Shown here: piece by piece, positions 31,266 through 42,337 of the stretch | How the letters are laid out: each line of letters starts with the position of its first letter | How positions within the stretch are numbered: the first letter of the stretch is position 1 | Source: Salisapilia sapeloensis CBS 127946 | Taxonomy: Eukaryota; Protista; Oomycota | Direction of reading: 5' to 3' | DNA: 64,000 nucleotides | Assembly: GCA_023334545.1 (NCBI GenBank) | Contig: JAADVB010000079.1 | Span: 1 to 64,000 of the forward strand | Made by a program: the position numbers and the translations under genes | The notes under the pieces: model-generated | The model's input: only the letters and a program-made list of their open reading frames with translations | Database searches by the model: none | Told to the model about the DNA's origin: nothing

Positions 31266-32165
31266 ATGCCACGACACAAACTATTGGTCGTCTTGTGCGT
31301 CCTTGCAACTCTCTCTTCTGCGACAGCTTTGTTGAACGATTCAACAGTTGATGCCATCACCTTTGAAACTCCGACAAACGTATCTTCTTATGGCGAGAAT
31401 CGGATTGCGGGTGGCGAAAGTGTTCCCATCAGCAAGGTTCCGTTCATCGTTGGCATTCGCGACGGTGGCGATGAAGAGAACCATTGCAGCGGTGTACTCA
31501 TTACTCGCCGACTCGTTCTTACTGCTGCTCACTGTACACATGCACCGAACAATGGGGCCAGGTATCCCTACTTGTATGTGTCCATCATGTCAAATGACCT
31601 CGGTGAAACGGACGAAGGGATACAAGTCAGGTCTGTCCAATGGAAACTTCATAACGATTACCATGTTTATCAAAGTCAAGGTAAAGAGTTCTATACTTTC
31701 GACATTGCGGTACTTGTACTTGAAAAGTACTTTGATTCCAAGTACCAAAACTTTCCCACCATGTTTACTGGAAAGTTGGTCGTGCATGAAAACAAGAGAG
31801 ACCCGGATATCGCGACTGCCTACGGGTGGGGTATTACGGGGAAGAATGAACCAAAACCTGGATCGTTGCACAAGGTGGACCTCATTCTTCAGGTGAACAA
31901 ATACTGCCAAAGTGCTTTTGGCAAACGAGTTGTCTACTTTTACCATCTATGTGCTGGGACGAAGAAGGTTATGTGGAAGCCGAAAAGCTGGAAGAAGAGA
32001 AATGCAGCTTGCGATGGTGACGCAGGAGGTCCACTCATGTACAAGGATCAGGTGGTCGGGATCATTTCCGAGACGCCTGATTGTGGCGAGAAGCCGAGTC
32101 TTTCCATTCGTATCAGTCCCATTTGGGACTTCGTAGAACACGTCATGCGCAAGTTTCCGAATTAA
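31266..32165 (+). CDS. Secreted S1A serine-protease homolog with catalytic Ser replaced by Ala (glucanase-inhibitor-like pseudo-protease), 299 aa
   Basis: Signal peptide MPRHKLLVVLCVLATLSSATA and activation site R-IAGG. Motifs HCSGVLI, LTAAHC, DIAVL and AYGWG are present, but GDAGGPL stands in place of GDSGGPL (GCA at 32022-32024). Confidence 0.88.
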   Translation: MPRHKLLVVLCVLATLSSATALLNDSTVDAITFETPTNVSSYGENRIAGGESVPISKVPFIVGIRDGGDEENHCSGVLITRRLVLTAAHCTHAPNNGARYPYLYVSIMSNDLGETDEGIQVRSVQWKLHNDYHVYQSQGKEFYTFDIAVLVLEKYFDSKYQNFPTMFTGKLVVHENKRDPDIATAYGWGITGKNEPKPGSLHKVDLILQVNKYCQSAFGKRVVYFYHLCAGTKKVMWKPKSWKKRNAACDGDAGGPLMYKDQVVGIISETPDCGEKPSLSIRISPIWDFVEHVMRKFPN

Positions 32166-32262
32166 AGACCTCCCGAGCGTATGTGACACCAGTTAAAGGA
32201 TTACTGCAGTAAGAGTGAAATCAGTCATGATGTGGTGCTTTTCTTTTATCATTTGTAGTTGT

Positions 32263-33240
32263 CTATTGCGACGACTTATTGCGTTGCAGAATCGCGCCAG
32301 ACAGTTCGCCAACAAAATTATTGCCTTGTGTCGGACCTTGTTGTAGCTTGCGCATGCCATTAATGACTTCCCGAGTCTTGGAGATATACAACGCATCCAT
32401 ACTCGAACGCATATCGATCTCCATATCCTCCACCATGCGTCCCATATTCGAGATATGATCATACTCGTCCGAATACTCCAACGTCTTCTCCATCTACATA
32501 TCAATATATAAGCACATAGATGCATTCTCGAGATATAAAGGAGGTCGAACCTGACGAGTGAGTGTGCCATCAAGGTTCAGATCGCCTAATTCCTCCCGTT
32601 TGGCTTTCATCGTCAACAAAATGGTCGAAGTGAGACGATAAACAGCTCGTTTCGGACCTTTGCTACCATCCTGCGGAGTCTCTTGAACTTCCACGACGTG
32701 AATGGAGCTCCAGGCACCTTTTTCCACAAACTTTTGGTCTACGACATCCTTCTGGACGAGGAAACAAGCAGCAAATCCAGGCTCGAGGTCCCACATGTAG
32801 ACCGAGGAGACACCTCCTTGGTAGTAAAGCTCCCTGTAGGCATCAAAAATCTCATTTGCATGCACTTCGAGCTGCCGAAGACTGTCGGACGGATAGAATC
32901 CTTCGGCGTCGGATACGGCCGGATCGTATTGATTCGACCAAGGAGATCTACAGCAAATAGCATCCAATGTCAATCTCATATGGATGGAGGATGGTGTCTA
33001 TCGGAGTAATAAAGAGCGTACATGCCTGTAGGAATCTCCGTCGCGATTATAATCGCACAAGAGGTACTTTCGGCCGTTGCTCGGATCCACCGCGACTTGC
33101 AGCGGTACATCCACACGCTGGTATAGATCGTCCGTTAGCTCTGGCTGGAGACGCGTGAGATTGTACAGGTCACGCTCGACGTTGCGTGGCGGCATGCGAC
33201 GCATCAGGTTCAGACTCGCATTCATCGCTTCTTCCCCCAT
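32263..33240 (-). CDS. CAPZB: F-actin capping protein beta subunit; 3 exons (33026-33240, 32551-32947, 32263-32493), 280 aa
   Basis: LMRRMPP, DLYQRVDVPL, YLLCDYNRDGDSYRSPWSN, GGVSSVYMWDL, WSSIHVVEV, LTSTILL, GTLTRQ and HISNMGRMVEDME. Confidence 0.96.
32948..33025 (-). other. Non-canonical GC-AG intron (intron 1 of CAPZB), 78 nt
   Basis: The minus strand reads TACAG|gcatgt...ttgctgtag|ATCTCCTTGG. Only this junction restores the invariant DSYRSPW. The nearby GT donor gives stops or the wrong frame. Confidence 0.85.
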
Positions 33241-33467
33241 ATTCGTTCCTTGTTTGTCAGATCGATATGACCGTGTACGCAAATTACCATATACTTTTAT
33301 ATGATATAAAGTATGCGTTAAAAATACGCTTGTGGTATTCTATATTGCTATCCGACTCTAGTATAGAATAAACTGGTATATTTGAAAAAGTATAATTTAA
33401 ACTAAACATACACCCTTTGATACGACTGGAGACGACACAAAGCTAGACACAAGTGCTTATAAGCGTC

Positions 33468-34837
33468 ATGACGAAGCGAACGAACGTTGTGCTGGAGCAT
33501 GAGGCTTCATTTGATGAAGATTCTCCGCTCATTGGTAGGAGACTATTCATGCCTACCTCATCTGCGAATATGAAGCCCAGAAACTAACTATCAGCTTCAT
33601 AATGTGTACAGCTTCCTTCCGAAATGGTCCACCAGCACCTGAAAATCGCAAGAATTTGGCCATGAGAATGTATGAGAACGCAAGCAAGAAGCGCATCGTG
33701 GTATCTAGTACCAACAAGATGGTCTACCAGGGTGCAAACTTCGGATACCTCTCTGCATCCAACGACAGTGCCAACTACGCGGTTGGCATCTACGATAAAA
33801 GCACCGGTAAAGTCCGCATGTGCAACGTAGACCACTTGTACGTCATGCAACAGAACGTTAAGGATGCCAAGGAACAGGTGGACGACTCTCGTGGTGCAGA
33901 TCAATCTCGTATGGAACAGCGCCGAGCTCTAGTGGATGCATTTGGTTCGAAGAAGAGTCGTCGCATGCAAGCGAGTGTCGAAGAGAGTGTCGTCAACGTT
34001 GACAACGTCAGCAGCGCAGCGTCCATCTCGCAAGCCTTGCAGAAGAAGGTGGACCACGCTCAGGAAGTCCTGCAGCAGCAGAAGGCAAAGGACGCAGCCT
34101 ACTCTGCCGAAGCTGCTGCCCTCGCCTCCACACGTAACGCTCTCCTGCCTCCTTGCGACATGGATGCACCAACACCGGACCAAGTCTACCCTCTCCACAA
34201 GTTCATTAATGCTTCCGTTCGGGAGGCATTGCAGTACAAGGCTGAGGAGGTGCAGGAACACTTGTCTAGCACGAGTACGCTTGAGTATGCAACTCAATCG
34301 GCATGGTACAAGCTTCCGACGCAATTGCTTGAGTCCTTGGCTTCGTACGACGAAGTCGAGACGTTAGGATATGTTGTCTATTCTCAGTACTTGCTTCAGT
34401 TTTTCCATACGCGAATGCCATTGCGAAAGTCTGCGAACGCGTTTAGTGAAGAAAGTGGCATCCCGCCTGTTGTCGTGTACCATTTTCTTGACTTATTTAG
34501 TGAAACGACTGAGAATGCGAGTGGGTACAAGACGCATACACAACCCAAGGCATTGAAAGATAAGCTTGTGCTCCACTTGCTCGTCGTTGCGCTCACGGTA
34601 CGTGGTTTCTCGCTCCCACTGTCGGAAATCGCGGCGGACCTGAAGCGATCGGTACAGAGCGTCGCGACGTACTGCCGACAGCTTGGTTGCAAGCTGGATA
34701 AGGTCGCGGGAGAAGCAGGTTCTGGATATGGTGCACCAGCGCTCGCGAAGAAGAGCAGCAAGCAGAGCCAGCGAGCGGTGCTGGCACTGCCGCTGCAGTT
34801 CCCAGAGCCGAGACGTGGCGGCGCTGGCAGACGCTAG
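33468..34837 (+). CDS. POLR1E: RNA polymerase I subunit A49-like (RPA49/PAF53); 2 exons (33468-33534, 33612-34837), 430 aa
   Basis: VGIYDKSTGKVRM, LVDAFGSKKSRR, LLPPCDMDAPTPDQVYPL and a C-terminal LSEIAADLKRS...YCRQLGC...AVLALPLQFP. The 77-nt GTAGGA...TACAG intron contains a CTAAC branch site. Confidence 0.85.
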
Positions 34838-35383
34838 AGCGAATCAAATACAATTCTTCTCTTTCATACATTTCAAAGTAACTTCAGTAAATAATACTCT
34901 ACTGCATTTCATTTAGGAATGGAAATGTAGTGTGAATATGTGCCGTCATTTAGTTCACGATGCAGCTTGGCTTTTGTACCAGAGCTGCGTAATATAAAGT
35001 TTATTCTGCAAAGAGCATCTATATGTTGCAATTTTCACGTAGCTCATCCTAAAGCGAGCATAGCGATGGAAACGTCAAGTTTAGCAGAGAATGGGACACG
35101 AGAGACGACCTGGACCAAGAATATAATGAATGCATATCCATCCGCATCACCAATTGTTTCATTTTGTACACCTATTTTGGCAAGCAAGATGTGTTGTAGT
35201 ATTTCATTTGGTTTCCAATGGCAAGCGGCAAAACGAAATCGACTATTTTTAACGAATGCGGTGTTCCCCATCCCGAGCATCGTGAATAAAAGTACAAAAG
35301 GTGAAATGCCAATTTTGCCGAATCGGTATTTAGCGCGAACGCGACCCAAACTCAAAGTAACTACTATGGCTCTTTCTACATAC

Positions 35384-35583
35384 TTTATTGAAAATCCTCT
35401 TTATGGTCCAAAGGCCTCGAGTGCGGTATCCAAAGTCTTTCATAGTTCTCCCATCAAAAATTGCTTCCGAAATCCCATTAAACCGCCCTGAAAGCATAAT
35501 ATCAATCAAAATACGGTTGATTTATTCGCAGCTTTACGGACAAATCGTTCAAGTTCAATTCGCGAAAGCTTTGTCCGTAGCAT
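35384..35583 (-). CDS. Candidate 5' exons of a small intron-rich gene; 3' part unresolved
   Basis: ATG at 35583. Exon 35538-35583, a 50-nt GTAAAG...TTTCAG intron and exon 35384-35487 read in phase as MLRTKLSRIELERFVRRFNGISEAIFDGRTMKDFGYRTRGLWTIKRIFNK, followed by a GTATGT donor. No homology recognised. Confidence 0.35.
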
Positions 35584-35767
35584 AACGATTGGATTCACTA
35601 GTAGCTAAGTTTCTTTTGCTCGGTGGTCTTGATCTGTTTTTATCGCTGGCTGCAGCTAAATTTAGATATAATCCGCCTCTTTCAGACAATTGTGCATGCT
35701 GGCCTTGTCACATTTGAGAAGAGCCACGCTTAGATCTTCGCAGGAGCACAAGTACTTTTGATCAACA

Positions 35768-36661
35768 ATGCTTGAAGCTCTTGAGAACAAAACCACCCAT
35801 TCTATAGGCATGTCGAGTCATGTCACCTCATCGCCACGGATGCATGCTTTTAATTTGTTGGTCGGAGCTCCTCTGACGCTCATTATCAACTACTCTCTCT
35901 TCCAGTATCTCTCGGTCACATATTATACTCGTTGGCGTCAGTGGAGAGTGAAAAGTTTAATTTGCAGCGCCTTCCTGGGATTCGCGGTTCTCATACCATC
36001 CGCAAGCTCGGACGAAAAGTTTGTCGACAGTATGAATGACGTGTCAGAAATCTGCTCTGTCTTGACTTTTCTCGTCCAAGTTACCATTATCGGCCACGAT
36101 GTCCTTCGTCGGGTAAAAGTCTCGACGCTGCGCTACTTGACATATTTTGCTGAAGCACTCGTCTTTCTAAGTTGGATGGTTGTTATATTCAACTTTGTGG
36201 AGCTATCGTTGGCGGATGGACACGCGATAAGCTTCCTAATCGAGCTAGACAACATTCTCGAATGTCTAAGCTTGGCTTTCGTCGTCTTCTTTCGGTTCTA
36301 CTATCTTTCCCTGGGCAAAAATGGCTGGGTGCAAATGGCAAAAGGGCGAAAACTCGAGATTTTCCTTTACGTGTTGTTTATGACTCACGAGTATCCTTTC
36401 ATGATTCTGAACAAAGTAACAGGAGATAACTGGGAATTTGTGCAAGCGCTGTATATGCGCTTGACGATGGCGCTGTGCCTAATACTCACCGTCCGAGACA
36501 AAATACGTGGTAGATCGAGGTTTGGTCAGACATCTGTAAGGTCTGGCGGCCCAAGCTCAGTTCATCTTTCCTCAGGCTTGACTTACGCAAAGGTGGCCGC
36601 TATATCGGCTGCTAACAATCCAACAGCAATTGTACCAAGCAAACAAGCGAAAGAACCATAG
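35768..36661 (+). CDS. Uncharacterised multi-pass membrane protein (about 7 TM), 297 aa
   Basis: Single ORF with about 7 hydrophobic stretches and a Ser/Ala-rich tail. No motif recognised. Confidence 0.75.
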   Translation: MLEALENKTTHSIGMSSHVTSSPRMHAFNLLVGAPLTLIINYSLFQYLSVTYYTRWRQWRVKSLICSAFLGFAVLIPSASSDEKFVDSMNDVSEICSVLTFLVQVTIIGHDVLRRVKVSTLRYLTYFAEALVFLSWMVVIFNFVELSLADGHAISFLIELDNILECLSLAFVVFFRFYYLSLGKNGWVQMAKGRKLEIFLYVLFMTHEYPFMILNKVTGDNWEFVQALYMRLTMALCLILTVRDKIRGRSRFGQTSVRSGGPSSVHLSSGLTYAKVAAISAANNPTAIVPSKQAKEP

Positions 36662-37314
36662 GTTCTATACTTCATGAAAGGAAAGACTGAAAAAGTTCAT
36701 GGTAAATGCTTATCCATCTAAGTGTAATGCATTTATTTTAAAAGCAAAGAAAGCGACACATTAGTTCTTGCATTTACTAGTACACGTACAGTGGTAGCTT
36801 GAACAGCACCTTTAAGAGTATAGTTGATACAAGTGCAATTATCGACATTAGACCTGAAAGCATATCTTCACCACAATCTTCTCTATTGACAAAAGCTCAT
36901 AGCGCCTTCAGTATCAGGCCAAGCAGTCGAGACTCGTGAAAGAATGCAAACAAAAAGGTATTGAGTTCATACATGTAGTAGCTAAACGGAAAGACTTAGA
37001 CTGGACGATGTTGTTATCCAGAAAAATATCATCGTAACCGAAGCACGATGCGTTAAAATCTACTTCCAAGCTTATCAACCTTTACGCAGGAGAACTAGCA
37101 CCACATACTGTTCCTATTGTTTCTTGTGTTTAATCAGAAGCGGAAAGTGATACAAAGAGCACTGCTTCATATGAATGTGCATCGATCATACATTGAAGAT
37201 CGGTTAAAGAACTTTTTGCTTTCCCATCTCCTGATCCAGCCCAGCTCGGTGACAAGCAACGAGCATAATGATAATACCAAGAGAACTTAAAGAATCGACG
37301 GTCCGTTTATTGGT

Positions 37315-38118
37315 TTACAAAGCTTGCTGTTGAGCGTCCGCTAACGTCGCACCTTCATTGTGAGCGTAGTCACTCGACTGCATGAGCGTCCGAATGTCTG
37401 CAGCAATCGTCTCGTAGTCGATCTTGGGACTGTATCGTCGGAAAGGCACGCCGTCCGGTCCGATTAAAAACTTTTCAAAGTTCCACGACACGTCAGCTCT
37501 GGAGACTGGCATCCACGTGATGCGCATCGGGTGAGAGAAGACACCACTGGGCGCAGACATTTCGTCGAACAACGTTCTGTCGGATGGAAAAGGTAGAGAT
37601 AGCTTAAGGAAATTGAAAATCGGGTGCGCATTCGCACCGTTCACTTCTACTTTTTCCGACAAGGGGAACTTTGGTTCAAACCCGTTGCCAGGTCGAACGT
37701 ACTTGAGTGACATGAGGATCTCTCGACCGTTTAAGTTCTCTTGATGACCAAACTGGTTGCATGGACAACCGACAATGGCCAAGTCTGGAAACGCTTCCTG
37801 CAGGTCATTTAGCTGATAATACCCTTTAGTCGTGGAATTGCAGTGCGACGCGACATTCGCAATCAAGAGCACTTTGCCCTTGAACTCGCTTAGACGAATG
37901 TAATGATCGCCCTCGAGCTGTCGCAGGGAGAATTGATAGGCCGTCTTGCGTCGACTTGGATTCGTGCCACTCGATCCGTTGGCGCTCCCAGCCGGTGGGG
38001 ACGTCGCACTGGACGAATTGTTAGAGCCCTGGCTAGTGGATCGAACGGCCACCGCCACGGGGACATGCTCGTTCTGTCCGTTCGAGGTGCTGCAGCCAGA
38101 GTCGGAAGGAAGCTTCAT
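37315..38118 (-). CDS. GPX: Glutathione peroxidase, GPX1/2-like (tetramer-loop type), Cys at the Sec position, with Ser/Gly/Asn-rich N-terminal extension
   Basis: GKVLLIANVASHC (TGC at 37840-37842), GCPCNQFGHQEN, LKYVRPGNGFEPKF, KVEVNGANAHPIF and DVSWNFEKFLIGPDG. The first ATG is at 38118; the ORF track starts at a TTG. Confidence 0.93.
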   Translation of the reverse strand: MKLPSDSGCSTSNGQNEHVPVAVAVRSTSQGSNNSSSATSPPAGSANGSSGTNPSRRKTAYQFSLRQLEGDHYIRLSEFKGKVLLIANVASHCNSTTKGYYQLNDLQEAFPDLAIVGCPCNQFGHQENLNGREILMSLKYVRPGNGFEPKFPLSEKVEVNGANAHPIFNFLKLSLPFPSDRTLFDEMSAPSGVFSHPMRITWMPVSRADVSWNFEKFLIGPDGVPFRRYSPKIDYETIAADIRTLMQSSDYAHNEGATLADAQQQAL

Positions 38119-40143
38119 CGTTTTGGTATTCGGCAAGTGACGGAATGCGATGTCCGACCGTGGTTAATAACGTCCGGATGAAATGGCGCTAAAACTGTAT
38201 ACTGGAGCTACGATAGTGCACCGATTAACTGCGCCTAGAATAAATCGAGACGGCCGGCAAAGCTGGAAGTTTATATTCTTTTTCTTTGTTTCATGGCGTA
38301 GTATCGTCTGGATAAAGGCGTCAATCGAGCCGGTGGTACCTGTTGTTTATGGCGAAGACTGGACGAGATGGACAGACTGTATTACAAATTAAGTATGACG
38401 ACGACGCTATGCTTTAGCATGGTCAAATGCGTAAAGGTCGCTTATAGAAGACAAATTTATTTTGGTGGATGCGAAGGAAATCGTACGATTGCTTCACTTT
38501 TACATAAATGCTCGCTGGAGGGTAGATAGAGCACCGGAACAGTAAAGTTTCGTGATATTTCGAGTTAAGAGTTAAACAAATAGTCGTAGCATGGCTCTTT
38601 ATCGCCCCAACATGAAGGTACCACTACGTGCGGTAACTTAGTAAAAGCTTGGTAGGGTCAGTTTATCTATTCAATAAGTATGAAAGTATGCAGAAGGTGG
38701 CATTCTATAATGTCTTAGCCTGAGACAGGGCAATTATAGAGTCCAAGTTTCCACAGTCGTACATTGGTATCTATGAAGTGTTCAGCACGTAGGCTCTATA
38801 TGATGCTTCTACTATTGCTGTGTTTCTCCAACAGTAGCATACAGATTTGCAAGACCTACTTTTGCCTTCTACTGTACTATACAACTCAAATGGTATTCTG
38901 TCCTTCGACGACTTGCAACTGCGTTCTTGATTGCTCCTCTTTTGCACATCCAATTCATCTTCCTTTCGCCATCACAAAGAAACAAACTAAGAAAGCTACG
39001 CGGTAGTAGACTGTATGCGTCGATCTTTACTTGTAGCTTTAGTGGATACTCTTCTCGGGTTGCTTCCGCATTTATAGAAGAGCCAACTTGCGATCGAGGT
39101 CGTAAGCACGAACACAACTTGCAAATTCCCTTCTCTTTGTCTTAGTATGGTATTAAAACACCCCATGCGCATATCCATAGTCGATTATAAATCAAAGATG
39201 AAGACATGATCAGATTTCTTGACCAAACGACTGACTTGCGTTTTGTCCTTGACATCGACTTGATTTCGTAGCCTCACCGAAATGGCGTCTCATCATCATC
39301 AGTTGGTATGATGCAATTATAAGATGAGCTGATAAGACCAGAGAGGATACTGCATGAAATGATGGGGAGCTCTACCGTACTTATTCAATATCTACCGGCG
39401 ATCAGCGGGCAAAAATTCACGTGAATCTGTATGTCTGAGCACCTGCAGACCAGTTTCTTTGCGTACTCTATCACCATACCTTGATATATCAAGATTGCTC
39501 GTTTCCACAGTCGCGTTCGAGTGTCTCCATCTAACTCGCTCTAATGCGTTCGAAATCAGTCTTGCAGTAAGCGATCAGCCAGAAAAGTCCGATTACAATG
39601 AACCCACATCACGACTGCAGATGATACAAAATGGTGCCATCACGCAATGCATTCCAGCGTGTCCCATCACACGTTCAATTAGACAAACGAAAAATCCTGC
39701 GTCAAGACTGGTCAGTACCAATGAAAGTCACGTTGAAGTGCCCTACAAAGCCTCCAGCGATCTTCGTCGGCATGAGAGGGGAAGGTTGTCAGCTTAAGCA
39801 GCCATTACGATTGAACCATACTGATTCCAATAAAACCTAAGCACATCACCTGTTTGGGTCCAGTCGTCTTCGTTCATCTTCATGCAAGGCTTCATCCTTC
39901 TCTATCGACAGTATTTGCTGCATGGGCTCATGCGCATAAGCTTATGAATTGATTAAAGAATAAAAGTAGGTGATTTATAATGTGGATGTTCTACAACGAG
40001 CAACCAAGCCCTCGTACTCATGTCAATTGTCAAGCATATCTTGTATACACTGGACATAGCGCGGACATGTATGGTGCTTCATGCAAATGGTTACACAGGA
40101 TTCACCATTTCCTCTTTTCAGTTCCTTGTGGCAGGTTGACTCT

Positions 40144-41523
40144 ATGGCGACGACATGGTCTACAGTCTCGGATGTTGACATCGACCAGAGTTTAAGTGAC
40201 GAATGGAACAATCGAGCTCACGACACCGTTCGGAAGACACTCCAGGAATACCATGATTTCCATCGACAGAACGACTATATAAATAGATGGAAGCACGTTC
40301 GGAAGCACGGGACATTTCGTGTCTACACGGACCGAAATCATAAAAGGTCGGACGAACGAGTACTATTGACCAGTGGCCTCGCACCTGGAAGAGTGGAAGA
40401 TGTATTATCCGGTCTTCATGCGAGCACGTCCGAAGCCGTTCGTGTCGTTTATGCCTTGACATCTCCCACGTGGTTAGATGCTTCTGTGCTCAAAGTCTTT
40501 GAGGACAACCCGTTGACGTCTCCGGTCGTTTTTGCAGGTGTCATTCGGTATGTCAATGACAATCCAATTCTATTCTCGACTCGAGAAGCCATCTACTACG
40601 ATATGCTAGGATGGGTACAAGATGCATATGATGCTACATTCGTCTACCGCGTCTCTCTCAGTGTTGATATTCCTGGATATGCTCACAGCGATAAGTCAGG
40701 GCTCGAACGAGTACAAGTGAACAGGATAAGCTTATATCGTCAAATGCAAAATGGATGGATCGGGTGTTTTACTCGAATCGACGTTGACGCTGGTGGCAAT
40801 ATTCCCGGTGCCATTGCAGACTATCTGATCGGTCCACGAGCAAATGGTTATTACGGAGCAATGGCATGCGCAAGAGCGAAAGCATATTCTAAGATCATAG
40901 CACAGCATGAAGATGTTTTCGTGCCAGAGAGCTCGACATGCATGATCTGTCAATGCAAAGCGCAGTTTTTGACGAAACTTAAGCAATGCGAAGGTTGCCA
41001 TCAATATGTATGCAAAAAATGTCGACACAAGCGAACTACCTATGAGCTTGCCAAGGATAGTCGCAAGCCTGCCAAGTACTCCTTTTGTACTCGTTGTGTG
41101 GAGAACGTCGATACAAGTAACCCTCGCTTTTCCCGCTCATCCAACACGTCCAGCTCGGAAGGCTCGCATCAATCATCCTCTGTGGTTGAGTCGTGGCATT
41201 ATGCCGGAGAACCGATTGAGTCGATAATGGAAGAGGATGGTACTTGCACTAATTATGAGCCTAGTGTGGCGTCTTCGCTGTCCATGGGTACAGTTAGAGA
41301 CTTGAGTCAGGAAGATCGGCCGTCCATACAGTCGTCATCGTCACCAGAGTTAGACGAGAAACCAACGAGGATGCTTGTCCAGGAATGGGAAAACATCAAG
41401 AGTAGTTTAGAGGAATGGAACGAAGCAGAGCTAGGCGAGTTTGAAAAGATGTCGAACAGACCGCCAGGGTTTTGGACTAAAGCATCCCGCCGCATGCGAA
41501 TTAGTGCAAGTGAGCTCGATTAG
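40144..41523 (+). CDS. START-like domain + degenerate FYVE-type zinc finger protein (oomycete family), copy A
   Basis: N-terminal RWKHVRKHG...SGLAPGRVEDVLSGL. The 8-Cys finger reads CMIC-CEGC-CKKC-CTRC, followed by a Ser-rich tail. The start at 40144 was chosen by alignment with copy B. Confidence 0.75.
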   Translation: MATTWSTVSDVDIDQSLSDEWNNRAHDTVRKTLQEYHDFHRQNDYINRWKHVRKHGTFRVYTDRNHKRSDERVLLTSGLAPGRVEDVLSGLHASTSEAVRVVYALTSPTWLDASVLKVFEDNPLTSPVVFAGVIRYVNDNPILFSTREAIYYDMLGWVQDAYDATFVYRVSLSVDIPGYAHSDKSGLERVQVNRISLYRQMQNGWIGCFTRIDVDAGGNIPGAIADYLIGPRANGYYGAMACARAKAYSKIIAQHEDVFVPESSTCMICQCKAQFLTKLKQCEGCHQYVCKKCRHKRTTYELAKDSRKPAKYSFCTRCVENVDTSNPRFSRSSNTSSSEGSHQSSSVVESWHYAGEPIESIMEEDGTCTNYEPSVASSLSMGTVRDLSQEDRPSIQSSSSPELDEKPTRMLVQEWENIKSSLEEWNEAELGEFEKMSNRPPGFWTKASRRMRISASELD

Positions 41524-42337
41524 AATGAAGCAAAATGGTATCACTATAGGCAAGAGTTGTGCTTGTATGTTGTTCGAATACGATAGGATGCTTCTCGTAG
41601 CTAGTTATGGAGCTTCTGGCCAGTATAGCAGCTCGCTCGCACGCTCAGACTCAACCAAATGCGAAATAAAATAAGACTTTATGTATGCTTAGGATATCTG
41701 ACTCTCTTGCAGTGCGTAGAGGAGGGCATCGAAAGGCGAGCCAAAGTTGACTTACCTTTTCATTCGTTTCTCAAAGACAGGATTGCTTTCCGTGTTCTGC
41801 TGTCTGTACGAAGCGAATATATCTACTCTTGCGAGAGTCTGATTGATTATAAGCTGCTCGCTTGGACTTTGCTACGCCATCGCTGATCGAGCTATTCGCG
41901 ATAGTGAGATAGTCGATGCGGATGTGTGTGGCGTTACCACACTCGACGTGCTAGCTGCGAAGGGAGGTACTACATACGCGCTTACCTTCATGTGGAGCTA
42001 AGAGCAAGTAAGCCAATCAGTTGGTGCCATTATCACACGTATGGAAAGCTATACATGCTTGTGATCAATACTGCTTATGGTCTTCACGGTGCCGTCTAAG
42101 AAAGCGGCGACGAAAAAGTGTTGAATTGACTCTACAGGAACGTCTTTAAACTGCTCAAAGTGACCCGAAGAAGATTGTACGACTCGTGTGCTAAAATCTG
42201 GTATATATAGGGCGCTTGCCGATATAGAAAACATGCCTGTGCGAATGACACTCGGGAGCGACGCATTTGCTGGAGCGAGGAAGTAGGTGGTAACAAGTTG
42301 GGAAACAAAGGATGGTTGGGCTGACTTTATCGTTAAA

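Noticed and set aside
38700-39930. Several GT...AG segments of 45-60 nt on the minus strand suggesting a hidden gene, including a CH-domain-like WNALRDGTILYHL peptide; also a 112-aa plus ORF at 39459-39797
   Set aside because: I could not build any phase-consistent model without stops. RNA-seq would be needed.
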